Assembly: GCA_965140585.1 (NCBI GenBank)
Contig: OZ223269.1
Span: 896,001-960,000 of the forward strand
Direction: 5' to 3'
DNA: 64,000 nt
DNA from: Spirochaetia bacterium
Lineage (GTDB): Bacteria; Spirochaetota; Spirochaetia; UBA9216
A model generated the notes under the pieces. It was given only the letters and a program-made list of their open reading frames with translations, was not told the DNA's origin and did no database searches. Below are positions 22,237-32,269 of this stretch, in pieces (positions within the stretch are counted from its first letter, which is position 1; each line of letters begins with the position of its first letter). Made by a program: the position numbers and the translations under genes.

Positions 22237-23940
22237 ATGAAAATTACATGTATTGATAAGGATATAAAGAAAGTTTTAGAGACTGGGTATTTTCATATAC
22301 CGAGGTTTCAAAGGCCATATTCTTGGGAAAAAGAGCATATCGAACAATTTTGGATCGATACAGTAAAAAATCATACTAAAGATTATTTTATTGGGTCGTT
22401 TGTTTTATTTAAGAAAGAAGATGAATTATATGGAATAGTAGATGGTCAACAGAGAATAACCACAATTACATTGATTTTATGTGCTTTACGAGATGCATAT
22501 ATAAAGTATGATTTTGATAATCAAGCTAAAGGTGTTCATAATCTTGTTGAAAAAATAAACTTAGATAATGAGAAACGTTTTATTTTACAGACTGAATCAT
22601 CATATCCGTATTTTCAAGAATATATACAAAAATATGATGACCCAGAAATTGAAGTTGAATTGGGATCCGAGGAGATTAATTTAAAAAAAGCATTTGATCT
22701 AATTAATAAATATATCAAAGAAGATTTGGAGTTAATTAATAAAAATCAACAAATTTCTGATAAGAAAGAAGAAATAGAAAAGCATCTTAGCTTTATAAGA
22801 AATTGTATTCTTAAATTGAATGTAATATATATTGAATTGGATAATGAAGAGAATGCTTATACAGTTTTTGAAACATTAAACACTAGAGGTAAAGAATTAA
22901 ATGTCTCAGATCTCATAAAAAACTATTTATTAAAAAATATCAAATCGAAGAATGTGAAGGTAGATATTGCAAAAGAAAAATGGAATAGAATTAGAGATAA
23001 TATTGATAGAGCAGCTATTAATATTGATATGGATACTTTTATGGTACATCATTGGTTATCTAAGTATGAATATACAACAAAAAAAACATTATTTTCTCGA
23101 GTTGAAGTTGTTATAAAAATTATTGATATACAAAGATATTTAGATGAGTTAGTTAACGATTCTAATATTTATTCTATAATTTATGATCCGGATCTATATA
23201 AATGGAGTAAGAATGAAATTATTCTAAAAGAATCTTTAAATGCGTTGTCCTTATTTAATGTTTCACAACAAACACCAATAATTTTATCAATTTTAAGAGC
23301 TTATCATGAAAAACGCATTACTTTTGCATATGCAAGAGATTTTCTATTATTGATTGAAAAATTTCATTTTATATTTACGGCAATAACATCACAAAGATCT
23401 TCTGGAAGCATTGCTACAATGTATTCAACAATGGCAAGAAAATTATCAAATTCTGGATCAAATAAAGAAACGGCTGATATTTATAAGGAGCTAAAACATC
23501 GACTAATTGCAAAACTTCCCTCATATGATGAATTCCTTGCTAATTTTGTTAAATTACAATATACAGACACTTATAGAAAAGATAAAAAAATAATTCAGTA
23601 TACTTTGAAGAAATTTGATATGTTTTTTAATAAAAGAGGATCACCTATAAATTATGATCTTATGACTATAGAGCATATTTCGCCTCAAAATCCTAAAGAA
23701 AAATATGATATTAATTATGATGATTCTATGGGTGCAATTGGGAATTTGCTTCTCACTGATGCAAATTTAAATGGAAAATTGAAGAATAAAAAATTTAGTG
23801 ATAAAAAAGAACTTCTTTTGAAAACGTCTATCAATATTGATGAAATAATAATTAATAGTATTGAATGGAACAACGAGAAAATACAAGAAAGAACTTTGTT
23901 TATATCTAAAAAATTATATGAAAATGTATTTAGATTATAA
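22237..23940 (+). CDS. Cassette 1: GmrSD-like DUF262+DUF1524 modification-dependent nuclease
   Basis: IPRFQRPYSW, VDGQQRITT, FETLNTRG; C-terminal TIEHISPQ...GNLLL...N HNH motif. Confidence 0.88.
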   Translation: MKITCIDKDIKKVLETGYFHIPRFQRPYSWEKEHIEQFWIDTVKNHTKDYFIGSFVLFKKEDELYGIVDGQQRITTITLILCALRDAYIKYDFDNQAKGVHNLVEKINLDNEKRFILQTESSYPYFQEYIQKYDDPEIEVELGSEEINLKKAFDLINKYIKEDLELINKNQQISDKKEEIEKHLSFIRNCILKLNVIYIELDNEENAYTVFETLNTRGKELNVSDLIKNYLLKNIKSKNVKVDIAKEKWNRIRDNIDRAAINIDMDTFMVHHWLSKYEYTTKKTLFSRVEVVIKIIDIQRYLDELVNDSNIYSIIYDPDLYKWSKNEIILKESLNALSLFNVSQQTPIILSILRAYHEKRITFAYARDFLLLIEKFHFIFTAITSQRSSGSIATMYSTMARKLSNSGSNKETADIYKELKHRLIAKLPSYDEFLANFVKLQYTDTYRKDKKIIQYTLKKFDMFFNKRGSPINYDLMTIEHISPQNPKEKYDINYDDSMGAIGNLLLTDANLNGKLKNKKFSDKKELLLKTSINIDEIIINSIEWNNEKIQERTLFISKKLYENVFRL

Positions 23941-23944
23941 ATCT

Positions 23945-24080
23945 ACATAACAAGAGATTTGGAGTAGTCAAAATTTATTGTCACGATTCTGGCTAAAGAC
24001 GTTCGCTGATCGCTCACTCCAGAATCGCGCCAATTCGGCGAAGACGCCGATCAATTTTGCTACTCAAATCGTCGTTCTAC
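23945..24080 (+). repeat. attC 1 (main family)
   Basis: ACATAAC...GATTTGGAGTAG...CTACTCAAATC...GTTCTAC. Confidence 0.93.
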
Positions 24081-24268
24081 AGAACAATATAGTTAGTGAC
24101 AACAACAATAAAATAAGTAGATGCAATTAAGGTAAAAAGTTCACTGGTAGCTGGTCATTTGGGGATAAACCTCCGGTGGAAGATTTATTTTGTGGCTATA
24201 AATTTGGAAATAGACAATAATTGAATTATATAGTACATTTAACGTGCGTTATAGCGTACGGAGGTTTT

Positions 24269-24511
24269 ATGAGTTCTATAAACATTACAAATGCGAGAAA
24301 AGACCTATACAGAATTGTTGAATCAGTCAATTTATCACATGAACCAATTCATATAACTGGAAAAAATAATTCCGCTGTTCTAATTGGGGAAGAGGATTGG
24401 AAGAGTATTGAAGAAACACTTTACTTAATGTCTATTCCAGGAATGAGAGAATCTATAGTAGATGGAATGAATTCACCTATAGATGATTTAGAAGAGGATC
24501 TGGATTGGTAA
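24269..24511 (+). CDS. Cassette 2: Phd/YefM antitoxin
   Basis: INITNARKDLY...EPIHI...EETLYL; GGAGG RBS before 24269. Confidence 0.88.
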   Translation: MSSINITNARKDLYRIVESVNLSHEPIHITGKNNSAVLIGEEDWKSIEETLYLMSIPGMRESIVDGMNSPIDDLEEDLDW

Positions 24512-24772
24512 ATGTATCGATTACTCTATACAAAACAAGCTAAAAGAGACGCTAAGAAACTATCAGAAAGTAATCTTAAAAGAAAAACCCAAGAATTATT
24601 AGACATAATAAAAATAGATCCATTTCAAAATCCACCACCATATGAAAAATTAATTGGAGATTTAACTGGAGCCTATTCTATACGCATAAATATCCAGCAT
24701 CGACTTGTATACCAAGTTATTAATGACGAACATATTGTAAAAATATTAAGAATGTGGACACATTATGAATAA
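24512..24772 (+). CDS. yoeB: Cassette 2: Txe/YoeB toxin
   Basis: DPFQNPPPYEKL.GDL.GAYS.RINIQHRLVY...MWTHYE. Confidence 0.9.
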   Translation: MYRLLYTKQAKRDAKKLSESNLKRKTQELLDIIKIDPFQNPPPYEKLIGDLTGAYSIRINIQHRLVYQVINDEHIVKILRMWTHYE

Positions 24773-24781
24773 TATATGTCT

Positions 24782-24919
24782 GTAGAACAAGCAGTTGCAA
24801 CAGTCTTAGCTATTGTCAAGGTTCTGGCTGAGACGTTTCGCGCTGATGCGCTACACTCCAGAACCTCGCCAATGCGTGTGAAAACACACGCCGCTAAGCT
24901 GCTGAACTGGTCGTTATGT
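24782..24919 (+). repeat. attC 2 (variant family shared with attC 18)
   Basis: GTAGAAC...GTTATGT; GTAGAAC is complementary to the cassette-start GTTCTAC. Confidence 0.9.
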
Positions 24920-25032
24920 TTAACATTTTATAGAGTAAATAGTAATGGGATGAAAAATCTTTAATTGATTGAATAGAATTTAAGAGATTGATACCCTATA
25001 AAAGTATTTTTATATATTGAATAAATAGTAGG

Positions 25033-25827
25033 ATGGAGATAATGAAAAAGAAATTAATAATAGCATTATGCTTTTTTATGGTTGTAATATCAGTATATTC
25101 GCAAGAAAGATATGAAATACTTGTTTCTGAACCAGAAATCGATAAGAAGTTAGTTTTAGATGATTATTATCTGTGTCGAAATATATATTTTGATTTCTTT
25201 GTTTCTTTAAAAATTGATGATGAATTATCAATTAATGATACGAAGACCTTATTTAAAAAGATAATTGAGAATACATGCGAAACAAGACAACAAGAGATAA
25301 CAATCAACGGGAAAGAAAGAATATTTATCAGGATAAAACCAATTATTATTAATAATCAAGAAAATTTAGTTGTATACTCAAATTATAATGTTAAAACTAA
25401 ATTATTTGAAAAGGATTTTGAACAATTAAAAGACTTATATGCAAAAAGGTATATGATAGTAAATGATAAGATCATTGATGCAAAGAAGATCCTTGATGAT
25501 ATTGAAGAAAGAAAACTAATAGACGATTGGAAAAACACAAACCAATATAATAAGATCGCTGATCATCTAATAAACTATTCAGTTAATGATAATATTCAAG
25601 ATATTATTACTACATTAAATATGGGAATTAATAATAATTCTAATACAATTGAAGATACGTTATTACTGAATTTTAGTTATTTAGAATATTTTTTAAAAAT
25701 GAAAGAATACAAAGATTTTGAAAACAAAATATATGAAATTGGTGTGGTTGATGGCGATTCTGATTTTATTCAAGATATCATTAGAAATTTTGATAGATTA
25801 AAGCAAATTTTAGTTGGAATAGAATAA
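25033..25827 (+). CDS. Cassette 3: hypothetical secreted protein
   Basis: KKKLIIALCFFMVVISVYS signal-peptide-like N-terminus. Confidence 0.7.
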   Translation: MEIMKKKLIIALCFFMVVISVYSQERYEILVSEPEIDKKLVLDDYYLCRNIYFDFFVSLKIDDELSINDTKTLFKKIIENTCETRQQEITINGKERIFIRIKPIIINNQENLVVYSNYNVKTKLFEKDFEQLKDLYAKRYMIVNDKIIDAKKILDDIEERKLIDDWKNTNQYNKIADHLINYSVNDNIQDIITTLNMGINNNSNTIEDTLLLNFSYLEYFLKMKEYKDFENKIYEIGVVDGDSDFIQDIIRNFDRLKQILVGIE

Positions 25828-25847
25828 CTATTAAAAGAATTATGTAA

Positions 25848-25985
25848 ACATAACATGAGATTTGGAGTAGTCAAAATCTTTGTCACAGTTCTGGCGGAGA
25901 CACTCCGCGCTGATCGCGCTGCGTTCCAGAACTGCGCCAAGCCTCGAAGACTCGGCCGATTTCGCTACTCAAATCGTCGTTATAT
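25848..25985 (+). repeat. attC 3
   Basis: ACATAAC...GTTATAT, main family. Confidence 0.93.
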
Positions 25986-26020
25986 TCAATAAAGGTAACG
26001 GCCGGTAACTTGGTCAACAC

Positions 26021-26303
26021 ATTTCTAATAGATTAGTGTACAGCAGCGATTTATTAAGAAAAAGAGATTAGATTAGCTCCTGATTAAAATAATACGCCTA
26101 AAAGAGTTATAAGATTAAAGGAACTTATTGATTTTCCATTTCATTACAAATCAATAAGTCTTTATATTCTAATGACTTAGCTAACAATTGTCTATTTAAA
26201 GATGCGAATGATAGAATTATTTATAAAATATAGTTCCCAGGGGCTGAAAACAGCCTTAAAATGGTAAAATACAGAAAATTGTGTACACGTAGTTATTAGA
26301 AAT
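26021..26303. other. Non-coding inverted-repeat-bounded element in the cassette 4 leader (copy at 46764-47046)
   Basis: ATTTCTAATA-n5-GTGTACA ... TGTACAC-n5-TATTAGAAAT; internal 12-bp stem 26123-26159. Confidence 0.55.
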
Positions 26304-26416
26304 TTGTATACAAAGCTCGGTCTGAACATAAATTGTGTTTTAATTAAATATTTGTAGGAGAAGTTGCTAATTTAATGGTATAAGTAAATAATATTATAAA
26401 ATTAAGGATTTAAGAA

Positions 26417-27130
26417 ATGAATGAAGTTGCAAAAATTATTTTAAAAAACAAAAATATTTTATTGATTTTAATCTCAATTATTCTATTGGTGATTTTAAAT
26501 TCTCTTAAAGATGTATTTTTTAGTGGTGAATTTTATGAAAGAACTAATAGATACATCAGCTGGATACTGGATCTCTTAATTATAATACAAAAAATTAAGT
26601 TGATTAAACATATATATAAAGATTTGATAGATGAAAATTATAGAGCTAATTTGAATATCAAGAGGGCTATAATAAATTACATAAGTTCAAATTTGGCAAT
26701 TGCAATACAAATGTTTCCATTTATTATAGGGTTTGTAGTAATCGAGTTGTTTAAAAGAAACTCTATTATTAATTTTAGTAATGAAAAAAATGATTTAATT
26801 TTTTTAATTGTTACGACTCCATACCTATATTTATTTATCTTTACTTTAGTGATAGCGTCAGTTGAAGATATAGGATGGTTTCCTAATACAAAAAGTTCAT
26901 TCATGTTTATTAGAGAAAATAATGGTGAACTGTATAAATTGATAATTATATATTTGTTTCCACAAGTAATATTATATATATCAAATGCTTTTCTTCCTTT
27001 AGATAATCAAGAATATATTTTATATAAATCTTTAATTGAAGTTGTTAAGATATTAATTTTCCCGGCATTATGTTATAAATATTTTGTAATTAATTTTAAG
27101 AATAAAAAACTTTTAATCAATAATATGTGA
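26417..27130 (+). CDS. Cassette 4: hypothetical multi-pass membrane protein
   Basis: About 6 hydrophobic segments; same protein sequence as 47160-47873. Confidence 0.72.
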   Translation: MNEVAKIILKNKNILLILISIILLVILNSLKDVFFSGEFYERTNRYISWILDLLIIIQKIKLIKHIYKDLIDENYRANLNIKRAIINYISSNLAIAIQMFPFIIGFVVIELFKRNSIINFSNEKNDLIFLIVTTPYLYLFIFTLVIASVEDIGWFPNTKSSFMFIRENNGELYKLIIIYLFPQVILYISNAFLPLDNQEYILYKSLIEVVKILIFPALCYKYFVINFKNKKLLINNM

Positions 27131-27145
27131 TATTAATAAAATTGA

Positions 27146-27284
27146 ATATAACAAGAGATTTGGAGTAGTCAAAACCTTTGTCACAGTTCTGGCTAAAGAC
27201 ACTCCGCGCTGATCGCGCTGCGTTCCAGAACTGCGCCAAGCCTCGAAGACTCGGCCGGTTTCGCTACTCAAATCGTCGTTATAT
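27146..27284 (+). repeat. attC 4
   Basis: ATATAAC...GTTATAT; 12-bp end complementarity with the cassette start. Confidence 0.93.
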
Positions 27285-27617
27285 TTATTCACAGGGACGA
27301 GCATACATCTTTGCGTATAGATACTGAATAAGTAGGTAACCTAAGAATAGTAGATAGAATTTAATCAGATTTTATAAATAATTTGGATGTAAAGAAATTG
27401 TAAAATATGGAAACTTAATGATTTTCTATTACATAGAAAATCATTAACTAAATATCTTTTAAAGAATTATTAAGATTTGCCAATATGAATGTTTGCATGA
27501 TAAAATTAAAAAGATTAGCAAAAGATATATGGGGACAGTAGAAAAAGTGAAAATATTTTTTAACATAATAATTAGAATTATGCAATCAATACCCCTTTGG
27601 ATCAGTAGGACTATAAG

Positions 27618-28580
27618 ATGATTGAGATAAAAAGTATTGAACAGGATATGTTGAATGAATTATTTAATTCGAATATAAGACCAAGAATTCAACTAAATAA
27701 GAACGATGTGTATTCAGTTAAATTCTCAGATGATGAATTAGTAAAAATTAAAGAAATAGAAAAATCATATCATACAGTAGTTGGGATTGATATTTATCAA
27801 TATAGTCTTTTCCCGATAAAAAAACAAATCTTCATACCACATCTATTTAAATTAATATATGATGCTACTTGGGAAATGATTGTAGAGAATTATGAGTTTA
27901 TATTTCAAAATTATAAATGGATAAAGCATCCTGATGATAATTTAATGAAATATGAAGATTATTTTATAGATACAGGGGATGGAGGATTTCAAATTCTTGA
28001 AAGTCCATTACATGGTATTATTTTTATATTAACTTTTTCGACTATTTTAAGATTATATAATTCTGATTTATTCATGAGAAAATTGTATGCGAAAATAGGT
28101 AAAATTGAATTACGATATTCAATGACTTTTGATAATCTATATAGATACAATAATAATTATTATGGTACCGCGATCATTAATAATTCTAGAATTTTGGGAA
28201 AGGATAAATTAAATCGATTTTTAATAGATAGCAATACTTATGATTGGTTTTTAGATAGAATGATAGGGATTGAGAATCTAATGTCATTAGGCCTAAATAA
28301 TATAAAAGAAATTGAAGAATTTAAAAATTATGATTTTGACAGGATCCATACAATGCAAAATGCTCTTATCCCAGAGGAATTTAATAAAATAAATAAAGAA
28401 GGTATAAAATCAATAGATGTTCAAAAGATAGGAAAGATTCTACAAAAAAAGACTTATTTAGATATTTATAATGTACATATCCAGGCTGTTATTCAATATA
28501 TCAATTTATTTAAATATGAAAAAATAATTACCATATCTGTTGGAAATCTAAATATCAGCGGTATTGAAGGCTTGGAGTAG
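27618..28580 (+). CDS. Cassette 5: class III nucleotide cyclase-like protein
   Basis: VVGIDIYQYS, FIDTGDGGF and YYGTAIINNSRI match the D, GD and N-xxx-R catalytic pattern. Confidence 0.6.
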   Translation: MIEIKSIEQDMLNELFNSNIRPRIQLNKNDVYSVKFSDDELVKIKEIEKSYHTVVGIDIYQYSLFPIKKQIFIPHLFKLIYDATWEMIVENYEFIFQNYKWIKHPDDNLMKYEDYFIDTGDGGFQILESPLHGIIFILTFSTILRLYNSDLFMRKLYAKIGKIELRYSMTFDNLYRYNNNYYGTAIINNSRILGKDKLNRFLIDSNTYDWFLDRMIGIENLMSLGLNNIKEIEEFKNYDFDRIHTMQNALIPEEFNKINKEGIKSIDVQKIGKILQKKTYLDIYNVHIQAVIQYINLFKYEKIITISVGNLNISGIEGLE

Positions 28581-28604
28581 AAAGATTATTAAGAAATATG
28601 AAAA

Positions 28605-28742
28605 ATATAACAAAAGATTTGGAGTAGTCAAAATCTTTGTCACAGTTCTGGCAGAGACACTTCGCGCTGATCGCGCTGCGTTCCAGAACTGCGCCAAGCC
28701 TCGAAGACTCGGCCGATTTTGCTACTCAAATCGTCGTTACAT
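28605..28742 (+). repeat. attC 5
   Basis: ATATAAC...GTTACAT. Confidence 0.93.
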
Positions 28743-28771
28743 GGAAATCGGAAAGCGGAGATGAAATAGTT

Positions 28772-30109
28772 ATGAGAATTATGGAATTCTATGAAAATGA
28801 AATGAAAACACTATCTGATTTCGAAATAGTAGAAGAAAGAAATAATTATTACCAATGCTTTTATAAGTCTCACAATGACGATAAAAAAGTTAATATATTG
28901 AGCATCGATATTAATGACAATTGCTTCATATTCTACCCTAAGAATACAATTCCCAGTAGTAGTAACTATTTAAAGCAGAAATACGATAAAATTTATACAA
29001 TAGTTCTGTATTCAGATTTCACATCTTGGAAAAACATAAATATTGAGACACTTCTCCAAAAACTAGAAGAGCTACCACGAGGATTCATAAAAGACTATTC
29101 ATATGGGTTTGGTCTACTAAAGGATTATCGCTTTGTTATTCATGAAATAGAATCTCAGTTAGATGTGAAATGTATCATCTTTACGGATAATAAAACTGAA
29201 TATAATGAGAATGCTTTTATATTCAATTTGGATGATTTTGATACGATAAGAAGAATGATTGATCGAATAAATGATAAACATCAGGAAAATAGTAGAAATG
29301 AAAAGCAGATATCCACTTACAATGCATTATTCCCTAATCTACCACCCAAAAAAGAAGAATATAAAGAAGATGTGATCTATAAATTTTTAAGAAATAAGAA
29401 ATCTCCCGAAGGTATATCAATAAAAGATCAACAAGTATTACTAGATTATTTAGTTATAAGCGCTGAAGATATTATTAAAAACAAGCCTCAAGCTCTATCT
29501 GAACTTAAAGAAGAAATAGATGCATATGGAATTATTTATTTCAAAGAATTATTTGAGAAACTGTATAATGAAAATGCAAAAGAAAATAGATGGCAAGCTT
29601 TACTTAATGAGCATTCATATATCTTCACTTTGATTGTTGGATCTCCTGTAATAAATCTATATGAACAAGTTCCGGTAGGTGGTAGAGATTTAGAAGGGAA
29701 AAATACAAGTATTGTAGATTTCTTAAATAAGAATCCTTTTACAAATAATTTATCTATAATAGAAATAAAGACACCAAAGAAGAAATTATTAAACAAAACA
29801 GAATATAGGCACTCTGTTTATTCTCCTTCAAATGAATTAGCTGGATCAATAAACCAACTCTTAGATCAAAAGAATAAGCTACAAAAGGAAATAACTACGT
29901 TAAAAGTTAATTCTGGGGTCTATGACATTGAAACATATCATATTGAATGCTTATTAATAATTGGACTGACACCAGAATCTGATGCAGAAAAGAAATCATT
30001 TGAATTATTTAGACATGCGATTAAAGATATAAAAATAATAACATTTGATGAATTACTGGATATAATAAAGAATATAGTATTGATTATTGAAAATGCAAAG
30101 AGAGAATAA
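28772..30109 (+). CDS. sduA: Cassette 6: Shedu (DUF4263) anti-phage nuclease
   Basis: ENRWQ, VDFL, IIEIKTP, YSPSNELAGSINQLLDQK, ITFDEL; the track start at 28637 lies inside attC. Confidence 0.8.
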   Translation: MRIMEFYENEMKTLSDFEIVEERNNYYQCFYKSHNDDKKVNILSIDINDNCFIFYPKNTIPSSSNYLKQKYDKIYTIVLYSDFTSWKNINIETLLQKLEELPRGFIKDYSYGFGLLKDYRFVIHEIESQLDVKCIIFTDNKTEYNENAFIFNLDDFDTIRRMIDRINDKHQENSRNEKQISTYNALFPNLPPKKEEYKEDVIYKFLRNKKSPEGISIKDQQVLLDYLVISAEDIIKNKPQALSELKEEIDAYGIIYFKELFEKLYNENAKENRWQALLNEHSYIFTLIVGSPVINLYEQVPVGGRDLEGKNTSIVDFLNKNPFTNNLSIIEIKTPKKKLLNKTEYRHSVYSPSNELAGSINQLLDQKNKLQKEITTLKVNSGVYDIETYHIECLLIIGLTPESDAEKKSFELFRHAIKDIKIITFDELLDIIKNIVLIIENAKRE

Positions 30110-30114
30110 AATCC

Positions 30115-30220
30115 ATGTAACAAGCGCATGCAACTGACAATTTTTTTGTCACCCTTTTTGAATGCTCAAAAAGGTCGCCAACCCTTCGGGACAAAATTGC
30201 AGCTGATGCGGGCGTTATGT
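30115..30220 (+). repeat. attC 6 (short divergent family, related to attC 14)
   Basis: ATGTAAC AAG CGCATGCAACTG...CAGCTGATGCG GGC GTTATGT. Confidence 0.9.
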
Positions 30221-30275
30221 ACACAAAATTTGGGTTTTAAAAGCCTTTATAAACTGAATTAAAGAGAGGGTTATA

Positions 30276-31385
30276 ATGAGTAAAAGTAAAGATGTCTTTT
30301 TTCTTGGTGCGGGTTTTTCTAAGGGGGTTGGTGCGCCATTACAAGCTGAGATTCTATATAAAATTCTAAATCTAAATACAGCTAATATACAATATGAAAA
30401 AAGGCCAATATTTGTTGAGAATGTCGATAGAATAAGAAAACTTTTAACTGAGATTATGTATTTAGATATAACTGATAAAGAATTATTAATTGATTTGGAA
30501 GATGTATTTACTCCTCTTGATGCATGCATTAGTAATAACTATTCATTCAGAAATCTTTCAATAAATGATGTGATTGAATATAGGAAATCCTTAGATGTTA
30601 TACTTTCTATGTTTATGGAATATGAATTGGAATATTTAGATATTAGAAGTTCATACATACAGAAGATAGCAGACTACGTAGTTGAACAAAAAGTTGTTAG
30701 ACCTAAGAGTGATAAAGTATCTTTTATTACAACAAACTGGGATATAATATTGGATAATGCAATTTATAGGTCAATTAATAAGCAAAATTTAAAAAATGGA
30801 GTAATAGATTATTGTTGCCATACTACTCAATATGATACAGAAGATAAAATAATGCCGTCTCTGTTAGCGAAAGGAAAAGGATATTATAATGTTAAAATCT
30901 TGAAATTACATGGATCTTTAAATTGGTTGTTTTGTCCTAGATGTAATAGGTTATATACGAAGTTTTATAAAAAAATTTCAACTCATGAGTTTATAAAACG
31001 ACCAGTGTGTAGAATATGTGATAAAAATTTTAGAAATACAAATAGCAATGATCAAGGCCCTATGCTTACGGGGCAATTATTGATGCCAACATATATGAAA
31101 GATTTATCAAATGTGCAATTCAAAATGATATGGCAAAAAGCAAATATTGAATTGTCAGAAGCAAAAAAGATTATTTTTATTGGCTATTCATTTCCTATGG
31201 CCGATTTTGAAATTAGACAATTATTATCTAGAAATGTTCCTCATGATACTGAAATAGAAGTAGTATTAAAGGGCAATAATAAAGAAATTGAAAGAAGATA
31301 TCGAAGTTTTTTTGGAAGGCGAAATATTAATTTTAATATAGAAGGTGCTGAAAAATACATTGAAGAATATATTGAAAGTAATTGA
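30276..31385 (+). CDS. Cassette 7: SIR2-like NADase with Zn-finger insert
   Basis: FLGAGFS, ITTNWD, KLHGSLNW, CPRC...CRIC, IFIGYS. Confidence 0.82.
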   Translation: MSKSKDVFFLGAGFSKGVGAPLQAEILYKILNLNTANIQYEKRPIFVENVDRIRKLLTEIMYLDITDKELLIDLEDVFTPLDACISNNYSFRNLSINDVIEYRKSLDVILSMFMEYELEYLDIRSSYIQKIADYVVEQKVVRPKSDKVSFITTNWDIILDNAIYRSINKQNLKNGVIDYCCHTTQYDTEDKIMPSLLAKGKGYYNVKILKLHGSLNWLFCPRCNRLYTKFYKKISTHEFIKRPVCRICDKNFRNTNSNDQGPMLTGQLLMPTYMKDLSNVQFKMIWQKANIELSEAKKIIFIGYSFPMADFEIRQLLSRNVPHDTEIEVVLKGNNKEIERRYRSFFGRRNINFNIEGAEKYIEEYIESN

Positions 31386-31392
31386 GATCGGT

Positions 31393-31531
31393 ACATAACA
31401 TGAGATTTGGAGTAGTCAAAATTTATTGTCACGATTCTGGCTAAAGACGTTCGGGCAATGGCCCTCACTCCAGAATCGCGCCAATTCGGCGAAGACGCCG
31501 AACAATTTTGCTACTCAAATCGTCGTTATGC
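31393..31531 (+). repeat. attC 7
   Basis: ACATAAC...GTTATGC. Confidence 0.93.
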
Positions 31532-31558
31532 CGACGCAAGAAAAATCAAATAATCTTA

Positions 31559-31597
31559 TTGACAAAATATGCTAAATAATTAACTATTTACTTAGTT
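31559..31597 (+). promoter_or_regulatory. Promoter/operator of the TetR cassette
   Basis: TTGACA at 31559; inverted repeat TAACTA...TAGTTA just before the ATG; similar TAATTAAGTAATTAGTTA upstream of 32270. Confidence 0.5.
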
Positions 31598-32215
31598 ATG
31601 AGTACGAGAAATAGAGATATTACCAGAGCTAAAATATTAGAGGTCGCTTTAGAAAAATTCTCTGAAAAGGGGTTTAGCGCAGCTACAGTCAAATCAATCG
31701 CTGAGGATGCCCAAGTTAATCAGGCGTTAATCTATTATTATTTTGATAGCAAAAAGAAAATTTTAGAGGAATTAATAGATGATTTTATAGAAACCGCTAA
31801 TAGTTTTTTATATGAAATATTTATAAATGGATATCAATTTGGATCTTCCGAAATGAAAGAACAAATGGAAAAGTACAATGACTTTTTATTAAAGAATGAT
31901 AAAACATTACGGCTTATTTTTACAGAATCATTGAAAGACGAATATGAAATACCTCCCATTTTTAAGCTAATATTATCTGCAAATGAAAGTAACCAGAAGT
32001 TACAGTTTATAGATAAAATGAAACAGAATGGATTTAATTTTGATAGTGATATAAATCAATATATGGTAACTGAATTCTTTACAGGGATAATACCAGTTTT
32101 AGTTTTTAGCCTATTTAAGGGGAAATGGTGTTCAACATTTGGTGTTGATTCAAAGAATTTGTATGAGATGTTTTTAAAAGCTAATGATGCTACACATAAT
32201 GAAATGCATAAATAA
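31598..32215 (+). CDS. Cassette 8: TetR/AcrR regulator
   Basis: ILEVALEKFSEKGF...IAEDAQVNQALIYYYFDSK HTH. Confidence 0.9.
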   Translation: MSTRNRDITRAKILEVALEKFSEKGFSAATVKSIAEDAQVNQALIYYYFDSKKKILEELIDDFIETANSFLYEIFINGYQFGSSEMKEQMEKYNDFLLKNDKTLRLIFTESLKDEYEIPPIFKLILSANESNQKLQFIDKMKQNGFNFDSDINQYMVTEFFTGIIPVLVFSLFKGKWCSTFGVDSKNLYEMFLKANDATHNEMHK

Positions 32216-32269
32216 GAATAAAAAATTTGAATATATATTAATTAAGTAATTAGTTAGTAGGAGTGTAAT

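Noticed and set aside
27532-27549. GGGGACAGTAGAAAAAGT as an IS terminal inverted repeat
   Set aside because: It resembles IS ends, but I found no partner repeat, target duplication or adjacent transposase.
28637-28771. N-terminal extensions of the ORFs at 28637 and 52164
   Set aside because: They are translations of the attC itself. Plausible starts inside the cassettes are 28772 and 52287. That both are Shedu-like is probably coincidence.
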